DNA of 64,000 nt, taken from assembly GCF_009914755.1 (NCBI RefSeq), contig NC_060942.1. The stretch is one strand, 5' to 3'. The notes under the pieces were generated by a model. That model was not told the origin of the DNA and ran no database searches. It worked only from the letters and a program-made list of their open reading frames with translations. This stretch comes from the human T2T-CHM13v2.0 reference genome, Homo sapiens. Positions 28,573 to 41,687 of this stretch are shown here, one piece after another. Numbering within the stretch: the stretch's first letter is position 1; every line of letters begins with the position of its first letter. The position numbers were made by a program, and so were the translations under genes.

Positions 28573-31500
28573 GAAGTGAGGGGCAATCAGCATGCTACAG
28601 TGTCACCAAAAGTGACACCACCCAAAGCCTGGCCTTCACCTGGCCCTCTCCCTTTGCTGGCCCAGTTCAGCCTGGGGACAGGATGCGTGAGGCGGCAGCA
28701 GACCATCTTGTCTGGCCGGCAGAGCAGCCCAAATTTGCTCCAGAGATTTTAAATGCTGTCACCCTGTATTTAACCCCTGCCGGACTGCCTCATTCTTTCC
28801 AGGACAAAAGGGGTTTTATCAGTAAGCCCTTCTCCAGGGGGAAGTGCATGACCTGGGGCACTGCAGAAGAGGCGGGGTCCAGGACTGGTCTTCACCAGGG
28901 TGTGGGTGTGCACCAGGTGAGCCCGCCCCAGCCCTGACTCATCCTGTTGGCAGGTGTTTAAGGAGAGGCAGAAGGTGTCCCCTGAGTTCTAGGCCGTCAT
29001 TTCTCACAGTGGCCTGCAGGGTACTAAGGGGATGGGAAGGAAGGAGCTTGCTCATGGTCACAAGCACCTGTCCACCTGAGTCCCCCAAAGTCCACGCTCA
29101 TGAGCATTTGGATGAAAGGCCCACATGCCTGTGAGCTCAACCTGTGCCCCCTGCCCTCACTCCACAATGGCATTAGAGACCTCAGTGAAACCATGAGCTG
29201 TTTTGTAGCCAGGCAGGGGGAGGTGACTTAATTTAAAAGCAGAGCAACAGGCGCCCAGGCCCAGGTTCCCAGTTCATGATCACAATTCCAAGCCAGACAA
29301 TGAATAATTGTTCACGTGCAGCTGATTAACTTTCCTTAAAACAGGATGGAGCAATGTTTCCTAAGCTACTTGGTTTGAGCCCAAGTCAACTGTGGACTGA
29401 GCCAGGGGTGCATTTTCAGATTATATAGGTATTTTTGAAGGCTCTCCTCTGAGACTATGACAGATGCCAGCAAGGATCAAAGAGAAGGAGACAGAAACAT
29501 CCTTGGATGCTGAATGGATACTGACTCAAGGACGCTCCCATCCCCCAGACTTGGGGACTAGTAGCCACATATGAATCTCAAGCAAAGAGTTGGCCACCCT
29601 TGGGTTGGAGGCATGGTGCCGGGTCTCTCCAACAAGCATGACTTCGCACAGCCAAGAGATGGAGTTTCCCAGGACACGTGAGCACTTCTGTCTCCACTGC
29701 CTCCTACCTCCCTCCTTGAGATCCATGGGAGCACTTCTTTTGAAGTTTAAATAACTACAAGTGGTTGCTGGCTTCCAATCCCTACCCTAACTGGGCAGGT
29801 CCATATGGCTGAGGCCCAGCCAGCTCCAGACATTCATATATAAAGGAGGAGGCTAGAAGATGAGTCTGCAGCTGAATAACCTACAACTCACAAGGGAGAT
29901 GCTGCTCCCTCAACCCACTCAAACCAGGACAGCAGACAGGCAAAATGAAAGCCCCCAGACAGAAACTCCAGATGGAGGCTGCAAAGATGATAGCTTCCAA
30001 CACATGCTCTGCATTCCCAGTGATCCCCGGAAAGCTCTGGGAGCAAATCCTTTCCATCTCCACGACGGAGCTGAGCCTAGAGGCTTCCCAGCTACATCAG
30101 ACCTCTCCCAGGTGATCTTCCTGAGCCATGACACATCCATGTCCAAGCAGCAGCAAGGACCTGTTCTGGAGTTGCATGCCTTTCAAAAGACACCCATCCC
30201 AGAGAGTCAGGCACAGACTGCCAAATCACAAAGCAGAATCAATCCACAAACTCCACCCCACAAGTCCACAACCTCTTGGAGAGGCCGCCCTGACATCAAC
30301 CCACCCCAGCGACAGGGACCCACCCTATCCCAGAGCCTGCCTGTGGGCATCCGCACGCTCTCATGTGTTTGCGCACGGGATTGTCTATCTGTACGTCTGC
30401 GGCAAAACCCACCCACCCACACACCCACCCCCACAACACACACACACGCATACACACACAAGCTTGCACCCAGCAATCCATCTGTCTCAGAGAGCCAGCT
30501 GTCAAAAATGAAAGTACAATCTCCTGGAAGCAAGTCACTGCCTTCTAAAAATGTCCCATTTTCCCAGACCGAGGAAACTTGCAAGGGTGGGGTGTGTTTC
30601 ACTGCAAGTCCCTAACGACCAGGCCTGTCGTCTACCCACCCCCCCACACCCCCCCAAAACAAAGCTGCAATGCTGGAATTCCAACCTGCAGCCAGCAGCC
30701 CCGCCCCCGGGCTCCTACCCGCCCACTCCCCTTCCTCCCGGGCAGTTTGCAAGGGCGCAGGAAAGGGAAGGGCCAGCCTTGGAGTCACCCCTGCATTTCA
30801 GGAGAGGACGGGCCTTTGAGCACACCCCACCCCCACCTCCGAGGCACCACATTTTCACATTCGGCTGTTTTTTCTTTCCCTTCTTCCCTTGCCAAGAGAA
30901 TCAAGCCCTGGCTCCTGCTGCCGACCTTCCTCCCACCCTAAACTGAGCCCCATTCATTAAGCCCGCTCTCAGCCAGGGCAGGACAGGAAGGAAAACAGCA
31001 CACAGGGCCTGTGAAAGAGGCTCAGAGAGGTTATTTCAAGGAGGAGGAGGGAGAAACTCCTCAGTTTTCACTGCTCCCCACCTTGCTGCCAGGCTCCCAC
31101 CCCCCAACCTCAGTGTCTGCTATGCCCCTTCCCCCATCCAGCCCTGCCACATCCAGTCACTGGCCTCATCCACAGCAAGGCAGACACACCCAGGCCACCC
31201 CCCATGGAACGATCAACTTCTTGAAAAGGAGGAGGTTTGGGCTTTCTCCATTTACAAAACTCTCTGCCCTGGACAGGGGCCAATAAAGTTCCCTTTTGGA
31301 AGGCATTCTCGCTACAAAGAGGACAGCCCTAGGTTTTCTCCGTGCCCATCACCTCCCCTCCAGACGCCCCCAAGCCGGTGACATCAACCCCCAAAACAGT
31401 GTACCCTCCCCACCATGGCCCATTATGAATACACTGCACCAACTCTGAACGGAAAGAAGAAGGAGCTCAAACTTTGAAGCCTTTGGAATTAGTAAATCAA

Positions 31501-31731
31501 GAGCTGAAATTCAAAACAAATGCTCTTGCCATGTGGAAGGCCCCCTCTTCTCTCTGCAGTCTTCTGAAGCCACACTGCCCTTCAGAGAGTCACTGCTTCT
31601 TCCTGGCAGCTCCTTATTAATATCTGTGTCTACAATTACCTGGAGGGGTGAGGGGAAGGAGTTAATGATTGTTTTACCCCCAGTTTCTTTCTAGGACTGG
31701 AAGAGCTTTGGGGAAAAAAAGCCCACCCATC

Positions 31732-32271
<540 letters not shown>

Positions 32272-33743
32272 TCATGTGGTTTGGAGGGGCCGGGGCTCCT
32301 CCCTGCACATTCAGGGTTTAAAAAATAAAACCATCTAACAACATCCTGAGCGTGTTATTCTGCTGAGACCCTTTCCTCTCATTGGCCTTCTTTCTTTCAA
32401 GAACTCTCTCAGCCTTAGAAAGCAGAAAAGATGCAGTTCACACACTGCTGCCTTTTCTCCCTCCTCAACTCCTCTGTCCACTCCCACCGTACTGCCTGAA
32501 GCCCCCTCCCTTCTCTAGGTCCCTCTTTTTCCTGCTCAATTCTCATTAGAAGCTTTGAGTAAACAATACCCTCAGTCTCAGATAACAGAGTATATATTGC
32601 ATTGAAATGAAAACAAACAAGGGTCTCCCTAAAGACGTTCTCAGCAAGCTCAGTTCCTGAAGAGGAGAGCCGGGGAGGGAGCCGTCCGGGAATGAACTTT
32701 GCCTGAGCCAGCCATGGAAGACACACCACCAAGTAGTCAGAGCAGGTACCCCACAAAAAAGGGTGCCCCTCACACAAGAGGATACACCACAACAGGGCAC
32801 AGCTTCTATTCGAGCTGCTACCACGTGATCCTACAGGCAAGGAAATGCCAAATGCCCAAAACTCTGCTGGAATTTCTGTTTTTAAGGTCGTTTTCCCTCT
32901 TGCTTCAGCCAGTTCTTAGAAAATCTAGTGATGACATGGTGGGGATGGAAAAACAGGTAGAAATAGGATTTCTTCAGAACAACATGAAATGCGTCCCATG
33001 TACATAACCAGTGAGTTTCTCTAAGTACTGCCCTCTTTTCGCATCCTCAGGAACAACAATGCTCTGGCTACCCCGTGCCTGTCAGCCAGCCCCGTGACCC
33101 CCCAGCACTGGCATTCCAGGCCTTCACGCATACCTGTGAGCCCTGAGGAAAACCTGCCCCGCTAGGGAACAATTACAGCTCCTACTGTTGGCAGTGCTCC
33201 CACCCTGGTGCTCCCAGCCCCAGACATGTGCTGCAAAATCCTGCAGCAGGCTGGGCTGGGAATCAGAACTTGGGAGGGAAGCCTCAGATCTACTCTGAAA
33301 TCCCATCGTATGCTTGGGATCTGTCTTCAACAAGTTCCCTAAAGGTGGGTCCATTCCCTTTACATCCCCCATGCGCAAAGAGCAAAAGCAAAAAAAGAGC
33401 TCAAATGCATGAGTTAATGACACCAAAGTCACCAAGCTGAAGCCCCCCAAGCCAGGAGCTGCTTAAAAATAACCGGGCAACACTTCACACACCAAAGCAA
33501 TCCCCAGCTCGCTCTTGTCTCCCCGTCCACGGAACGGATCCAGTGTCCAGAGCGTAAAGGACTGCAGGATGAGGAGCTGAAGGGCACCACAATGTCACCA
33601 CCGATGCATCCAACTTAAGGCATATAAAAATGAGAATGAAGTCCAGACCAGCTGGGGTGGCAGAAGGCCACCCCCATTCCTCCAGTCTTTAGCAATTTCA
33701 AAAAAGGTTGGAATTGCCAGGAAAATAAGAGAAAGCATCTTAC

Positions 33744-33818
33744 CTGAAAGCCCCCCAGGGGCCAGATAATTCGTTCCCCCTGTTTCAGCGGAGGAAGGCA
33801 CAGCATCTGGACAGTCTG
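33744..33818 (-). CDS. SMAD7: SMAD7 coding exon 3 (75 nt), linker
   Basis: Acceptor tccacag|CAG and donor G|gtaaga. Translates (A)DCPDAVPSSAETGGTNYLAPGGLS, which lies inside ORF 33595..33921. Confidence 0.98.
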
Positions 33819-36442
33819 CTGTGGATTTGAAAAGGGGAGAGAAAGAAATAAATACACAAATAAAAACACCAAGATCCATCTTTAAGCACGCTCTAAACAG
33901 CATGAAAGACAAACCACACATTCCAAAAGGCTGACTCGCGGCCTTGATGCTGATTATTAATGGTCTGCTCAGGCTTCACTGCCCATCGTAAGACAGACCA
34001 CAGCACCTTGTCACCCGTCTGGGCTCCGGGCAGCCAGTTAATCATTACTCGAGTCAGGCTCAATGAGACTGGCTGGAATTTCTCTTGCATTACCAGTCCC
34101 CCATTACGGATACCAGGTGGTTCCCAAGGTCAAAGGAGGTTTGGGTTGGACTTTCTCAACCCTGGTTGCTCTGTCATCCCTCATCAAGGGCAGAAGGCTC
34201 TCTCCTTGGAGCCCATGTCCTCTCTGCCTTCATCCTTTTAAAGACAGGTTTCCCAGTTCTTGAAAACATTCTCAAGATTGATGTTGGGCTGCCGGGACTT
34301 CTTTCCCCTTTTTTAATTGAGGACTAACTTAAGTAGAGCAAAGTATACAAAATCCCAAGTAGACGCAATGAATGTTACTCATGTATACATCTGTGTAACC
34401 ACCACCAGATCAAGACAGAGAACATTCTCAGCAAGGCTCCGAGCCGGAGGGGAAATGTTCTACCTCTCCCAGGCTAGTCCAAACCCCTCATCTCTGGAAA
34501 CCTTCCCAGGCAACCCCAGACCTGCTAAGGCTCTCTGCCCTCAGTTCCTATAAAACATTTGGCACCCAACACTCGGAGTTTCCTCACTGATTTTTACCTT
34601 TAGATTGCATCTGCCCTTAACTAGACTTCTCTTCAACTTCTGTCACCCTCAGGTACTCTGCACAGTGACCTCACCGTTAATGAGGATAATGACAATTCCA
34701 GCTGAGAAACAGTCTCCACAACCGCCCTCCAAGCAATTAAAGCAAAACCTAATGTCCATGAACCACAACTCATTAGTCCCATGAAACACAAATACACAAG
34801 ACCCTGTAAGCTTGTCATGCACCACTGGCAGCGCCAAACTCCCTGAAGTCCTAGCGGAGAGCCCGGCTAAGGAAAGGTGCTGCCCAGGTCCGCAGCAAAC
34901 ACAACAGGTTGGATCGTGCAGACACCAGGCCTCCTACCCCAGGCCACCAGGACAATGTCCCTGTGGGTTTCCAGTTGGAACCACTTGGCCATGCTGGCAA
35001 ATAGGAAAGCCAAAAAAAAAGAGCAGACGGGCAAGTAGCCCATGGGAATCCTTTAGTGGCCTACACATAGCCCCAAACCATCTCTGGGTTTCTGCTGTCT
35101 GCCCTCTTAATGCTAAGTTTCTCTCTCTAACTCAGGGTCACTCCCTCTCCCACATTCTCAAGGCTGGAAGGACAACTTTTCAAGAACTCTCCTAAGCGGG
35201 CGAGGGGCAGAAGTGGAGGCAGGCGTGGGGGTGAGGTGGCTGCGGTGGGTAGGGGGAAAGAAGACTGTGTGTGTAATCTCATTTTATCAGGGTAAAGTCT
35301 AATTCCTAACAGGAATATACAGTTTTACAGGATACACTTAATCAAACAGAAAACAATAGAGGCAGGCAGGAAATGGAGTTACTTGTTAAATGGTGTATAC
35401 CCTGCACTTTCTAAACCATTTTGATGGCCTTCATCATTTTCTAGAGATAGGCTTCTCAACCCTCTCCTCCACCCACTCCTCCCAGATGGAAGACACCCCC
35501 ACATTAAACATAATGACTTATCCACAGCCACTCCCCGCCACCTTTGGCTGGCAGAATCCCAGGGGCAAGGTGTGTTTCAAAGGAAAAGCCGGGCATCTCA
35601 GAGCAGAGCTGAGACCACATTCAGGGTGTCAGCCCATCTCAGATCAAAGGTAAGCCAGCTCCACACAGGCAACCACAAGCATTTTTGTGAAATGGTGCTC
35701 TGCCCTTCTGCAGTGGCTTTGATCTCAAGAGGGATTTACAAACGTTAATTAAGCCTCCCTACCACCCCTGTGAAGAAGCAAAGTATACCTGTTCCATAGG
35801 CAGCCAGGTAAACTGAGGCGTCACTGACTAGCTCAAAGGGCCACCCAGTGAGCTGGGCTATTCCCAAGAGTCCAGCCCTATCCCATGGCTCTCACTCCCC
35901 AGGCAGGCTATGGAGTCCCTACCCTCTTTCCTGGAGGTGGCCAGGCCATCCAGACTGGCCTCAAGGTTAAAGGAGCCATACCTCCATCTCTCACCCACAG
36001 AAAAGCTCCGCATAGACAGATCTCTGAAGTCAGGGTCTCACCTTAGGCCTGTGTCGCCTGTTCCCCAGAGCCCAGGCTGGCTGGCAGACAGAAGCTCTAG
36101 GCCACTCCTGACTCACGCAACACTAAGTGTTATCAAGCACTTGGTAAGCACTAGGTTCTGCGAGAGAAAAAGACTCATTCCTTTCTCCGAGCAGCTCCAA
36201 CAGAGTCTTTGAAAACCCAACCCTGGGGAGCAGCCAAGGAGCGAACTATTGAGAATGAGTACAAGGTAAAGGAGCTGGGAGTCCCACGATAGTCTCAGCA
36301 ACTGCGTTCTGAGCTTCCTAAGTACTGTTAAAGACAGAGGAGCCCCTACTCACCACTGTACCCCAAGGGTCCCAGCTCTGCCCCAGGTAGTTCAACCAAC
36401 CCAGAACTCAAATGAACCCTGGTTATAAAAGAACACAGCACT

Positions 36443-36844
<402 letters not shown>

Positions 36845-39646
36845 TCATCATGCTGATTTTAAAAGAGGCCTAGAAAAGTTAAGAGGGACCTCGGTTAAGA
36901 GAGAAACGCAGTGCCAGATCTCAGGTCAAGACACCAGACTTCCGATCTGGATTTGCAGGCTGGATCTGCCCATGGATACTGGCCACCTGGGTCCCTCAAG
37001 AGCTCACCCAGCAACCCCCCAAGGCCAGCCATTCCTCAAACCTTTCAGACCATCAGATACAATGAAACACGGGAAGCAGAGCCCACACAGCTATCCCCGA
37101 GATCCAGCTTTAAACAGCAAATTCTGACTTCTTGTGGGATGTGGAGGTGGGGGTGTCTTTCTGACTTCTGACAGCCACAAGTCACAACTGGCCTCCCCTA
37201 GGTTCAGTCATGTGAACACTCTTTCAAAGAAGGCTCTCCTGGTTGGACCACACAGTACCTAGGTGTCTAAAGTCCAGGCCTCCCAGATGCTGAGTGGAGT
37301 GGCTTAAATTATAGCAAAATGGAGTTCCTAGCTTTGAGCCCTCTGTGTCTCCAAAGGCTGCAGGGTACCAGGCCCCAGCCCCATTCCCACCACCTTTTCC
37401 TAAGATGGAGACTTCACAGGATGTATTCCTTTAGTTGTGCAACTGGTTAAGATTTTAACAGTTGTCCACTGTAAAACTTTGTGCCTGTTTCATCTAGTAA
37501 CCCAAGACCAAAAATTCAACCTAAGGGACATAGAAACTGAAGAATGTAAATGGTCCATGTAGATTCCCGGGCCAAACATTCTCCCATACGCAAAATGGGG
37601 ATGAAGACCTGGGTCAGCGCCCATCTGTGGTCTGACCTCAATGCCCCCGGCCACAGCAGCTGGCAAAACCAGCCCCAGACCTGTGAGGGGGGCGGGGGGG
37701 GTGTGCTCCAGCTCCAGACCTGGCTGTCCTCCAATGTGGCAGGACAATTCCCTTCGTGGGGGCTTTGTCTATTACTGATGCTAAATTCTTACACAGCAGC
37801 GCCTTTTCTCATTTCTTTTTTTGTTCTATTTTCAACAAAACGTTTTGGGTGAGTAACCAGCTGTCTTAGTTTCCGATTGGCAGGTTAATCACTTCCTATT
37901 GGCTGATCTGGAGAACTTTTCTCCCCCTTGGAAATGGCACATTCCTGTCTTTGTGGCTTCTCTGTTTACACACATTTTGCTACCTAATGTCAACACTTGC
38001 TAATGAATAAATATATCACTCCACTCACCGAAAATGAGGCCCTGGCCTGGCAGAATGACTGCTTAAATCCTGAGAACAGATTTATCCCAGTGTCTCTGCA
38101 GGAAACCCAAGGGAACATGGCCTTTCTTTTCTATGGTTTTTGGAGGTTTCTGGGAACATTTACCCCTGCTGGTCTTTATCCCTGGGGCTAAGGTCACTGT
38201 TCTCTCTCTTTTAAGGAAAACCTCCAAATTTGAAGAATATGGAAGGACAAAAAAAACAGGTCAGAGGTGGCCCCTTGGAAAATGAACTTCATAAAAGAAT
38301 TCTTGATTCTTTAAGCCAAAACCCAGTCAAGTTACAGTCTTTAGGAAAACAGAGCTTGGTAATTCCAGTTAACGTTTGTTACAAATACAGAGAGCTGGGT
38401 ATCTCCTTATTAATAACCATTTATCTGGTGTTTTGTAAATCGAAAGCAAAATATCACATGCTTTGCGGGCCACTTATTAGACCGGCACCAGGCAAGCAGG
38501 AACGCCTTCCCAACTTGAGGGAGCTGGTAGAGTCCCAGGAGGACTGGCTGCAGAGTATGGGCTTCGGTTACACGTTCATTAAAGTATTTAATTTATGACA
38601 ACGCCCCAGCAAAACTTTTAATTAGTGGGGGGAAAGGCCCAACAGCCAAAACGCAGGAGGCGGAAGGACTTGCAGAATTCCAGGAGCTAAATGGTGCCCA
38701 ACCCTTCACTTTTCCTTCTCCCAGAACCTTGGCAAAATAAAAATGTCCCAAGTATTAATGTTTTTTTCAGGCACCAGTATACAGGCACAAAAATCAAGGT
38801 TACATACAACCTGTACTTTTAGCAAACAGATCTATCTCCTACTGTAAGAGGGAGCTCCAGGAATTTGGGTTTGTCCTTGTTGTCACCCCCAAGTTCATTT
38901 TGCTGACCCTGTCCCCAGCACTGTGATGTCCAGAGGATGGACCCCTGTGCTGCTGCCGGCCAGAAGTTGAATGCAGACAACCACAACAGGGCTGGTGCCA
39001 GTCTCAAATGGGCTTCTGCCATGGCTTCATGCCAGCCAGTGACAAAGCAGCAGACAGGCAGAGCTATGCTTCAAACTTTGATAGCCCCTATGGCGAATAC
39101 TGAGAAAACCCCGGGAGAGGACTGACTTGCAGGTGACTGGAGCAGGAGGAACCTACCCCCCCCCCCCTTTTACTGGCTGTTGCCTATACTTCTGAAAAGT
39201 TCTAGTGTCTACTCCAGACCAAAGTCTTCTTTGCACCTTTTTAAACCGTCTTCCCATCTATCGAATCACCCTTTCCATTATTCCCACTGATGCTCCTGGC
39301 ACTCACTAAGTCTCCGAGTTATCCCCATCAACCAGTCCTATTTGGTTCCCAAGACACTTCTCTCTGGACTAAAGCTTCCACGTGTTAAAGCTGAGCCCAC
39401 CGGCTACACAGCACAAATACATGAAAAAGGAACAAAATGTAAAGCATATCAAGGGAACGTCTTTGCAAAAACAGCAAAAAACCCAGCCACAACAGAAAAA
39501 TTCACCAAACTTCCAACAGAGGAAACCTAGAACCAACGTGAAGCCCAGCACCTCCCCAAGCCTTTGCCTACACACAAAAAGCCACGTTCTAGAGGCTCTA
39601 TTTCTAACTTAAGATAAGCAGGATATTTTAAAAATCATCTACTCAC

Positions 39647-39700
39647 CAGTTGGTTTGAGAAAATCCATCGGGTATCTGGAGTAAGGAGGGGGGGGAGACT
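39647..39700 (-). CDS. SMAD7: SMAD7 coding exon 2 (54 nt) encoding the PY motif that binds WW domains of SMURF/NEDD4L-type ligases
   Basis: Acceptor ttaatttcag|AG and donor G|gtgagt. Translates (E)SPPPPYSRYPMDFLKPT. Found by reading the sequence; absent from the ORF track. Confidence 0.98.
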
Positions 39701-39744
39701 CTGAAATTAAAAAAGCAAGAGAAAATAAAGGCCCAGCCATGAGA

Positions 39745-39920
39745 AGAGAGATAGAAACTTATGATAACAGAGGCATTCTTTTAGCCCAACTGTTTGTCTT
39801 AGCTGTGGGGGTTGGAGGCAGGGCCGCGAGGCGGTGATTGCCTTGATATTTAGCTGTCAGATAAACAAAAGAGGCCGCCTGGCGCCAGCCTCGGCGCTCC
39901 GCTCCTCCACGTCTGCGGCC
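39745..39920. promoter_or_regulatory. Probable intronic BMP-responsive enhancer (GATA plus GC-rich Smad1/5 site) in intron 1
   Basis: Palindromic CTGGCGCCAG (39879-39888) with WGATAR sites at 39749, 39762 and 39859. A GATA/Smad1-dependent intron-1 enhancer is described for Smad7; placing it at these bases is my inference. Confidence 0.6.
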
Positions 39921-40910
39921 GCAGCCGCCGCGCTCGGCTGGCCCGGCTGGAAACCACCGGCTCGGCCGGAGCCGCGCACTTCACAGTTCACAGGGCGGGG
40001 GGCGACCATGCCCCCTCCCCGTCCTCGGACTCCAGACCCAGCTCCCAGCAACCTCGGCTCCCCGCCCCGGCCCGCCCCCCAGGCGTGCAATTCACCTCTG
40101 CCCCCGCCGGTCCGCTCGGCACTCGCGCGGGGGACACGGGGCTGCCCATTCCTAGCGCACTCGGGAGATGCATCCCAAGCGTGCTGGGGAACGTGGGGGA
40201 TCTGCGGGCGCCCGGGGTGAACCCTCACATCACACTCTGTGTACAGAGACGTAGAGTAAAGGAAGGAATGGAGAAAGCTGAGAGGATAAAAGGAAAGGAG
40301 TTTCAGGGTCTCAGCCGAGAAGCCCAGGCCCCAGCGCAGTAAGAGGCGACAACGTCACTGAGGCGCCGGGGCCCCACTAATCTACAGACTTATCTGTGCG
40401 GAAGGAAGGAAAAAGTAGGGGACACCCAACTTCTCCTGCCTGTTTGTTCCTCTGCACCCTGGGGCTGGCAGAGTTGAAAGGAGACAGATACCCAGTTCGG
40501 CCTTCCATCCAACTCTCTTTGCCCCAAAACTCCAAAGGTGCGCGGCCACGACAGTATCTGGGCCACTGGTGTTCGACGTGATTCTCCGTATTTACTAAAG
40601 GAGTAAATACGGAGACCTTCCAGCCTTTATAGCACGCCTCTCCCAGCCTTCCTTGGCGGGCCTGGACCAAATCCAACTCGGCCACACACCTCAACGTCTT
40701 TCCGGGTGCGGGGAGGCGTGACCCCCCCACCTCCCTCTGCACCCCCTTGTTGATCCGGAAATGAAGGCGTCTAATTTTTAACCGCAGACTGCAGGAGCAG
40801 TGCCCGTAGACCCCTTCGGGGCAACACAGGAGAAAACCTGGAAGGGAACCCCCAGGGAATGCCCTTTGAGTTTCCCCTTGTCCCTTCTCTACTTTCAGCC
40901 CCCAGTCTCT

Positions 40911-40998
40911 TCCCAGGAGGGTATGCACACTCTCCCAGGAGGGTATGCACACTCTCCCAGGAGGGTATGCACACTCCCCCTGGAGGGATGGCTGCACA
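40911..40998. repeat. 22-bp tandem repeat: 3 perfect copies plus 1 degenerate copy
   Basis: tcccaggagggtatgcacactc at 40911, 40933 and 40955; cccctggagggatggctgcaca at 40977. Confidence 0.95.
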
Positions 40999-41074
40999 AA
41001 CGCACTGCCCTAGGGGCTTTTCTTCCAGCACTGGCGCTCCGGAAAATGTTGGGGGTAGGGGGACAACTTCTCAC

Positions 41075-41687
41075 CTAGTTCGCAGAGTCGGCTAAGGTGA
41101 TGGGGGTTGCAGCACACCAGCTCGGGGTTGATCTTCCCGTAAGATTCACAGCAACACAGCCTCTTGACTTCCGAGGAATGCCTGAGATCCGGCCACCTGA
41201 ACACTTTGCACAGCAGGAGGGGGAGCGAGTAGGACGAGGGCGGCTGCGCAGGCTGCGCGCCGGCGGGCGCCCCCGGGCCCAGCCTGCAGTCCAGGCGGCC
41301 GGGCAGCAGGAGGCACGCGGTGCGCGTCCCGCCGCGGGACTCCACGGCCTGGAGCAGCAGCTCCAGCTGCCGCTCCTTCAGTTTCTTGAGCACCGAGTGC
41401 GTGAGCGCCTTCAGATCCGCCTCGGCGCCCCCGGCCGCGCCGGCGCCCGCGGCTGGCGGGTGGGGATGGTGGTGACCTTTGGCACCTCGCACCGCCTTGC
41501 CCAGGCAGCATCCAGCCCTGCCCGGGCCGCCGCCACCGGCCCCATGCGCTCGGCTGTCCGTCGCCCCTTCTCCCCGCAGCTCGCCTCCTCCTCCACCTCC
41601 CCCTGCGCCCTCCTCCTCGTCCTCGCCGCCGGGCGCACGGCTCCTCCAGAGACGCCGGACGAGCGCAGATCGTTTGGTCCTGAACAT
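41075..41687 (-). CDS. SMAD7: SMAD7 coding exon 1 (613 nt): N-terminal region with Gly/His-rich stretches and divergent MH1-like domain
   Basis: ATG at 41687-41685 gives MFRTKRSALVRRLWRSRAPGGEDEEEGAGGGGGGG...LCKVFRWPDLRHSSEVKRLCCCESYGKINPELVCCNPHHLSRLCEL, recognised as human SMAD7. Donor G|gtgaga at 41075/41074. Confidence 0.99.
41560..41580 (+). other. Target of the SMAD7 antisense oligonucleotide mongersen (c.108-128)
   Basis: Plus strand reads GTCGCCCCTTCTCCCCGCAGC, identical to the oligo sequence as I recall it. Confidence 0.8.

Noticed and set aside
29860-30615. 251-aa ATG ORF antisense within intron 3
   Set aside because: No recognisable domain, low-complexity (CA)-rich part, and no splice or promoter support. 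Ribo-seq or PhyloCSF evidence would be needed.
40911-40998. 22-bp repeat as a CRISPR-like array
   Set aside because: Head-to-tail copies without spacers, no cas genes, and human intronic context.
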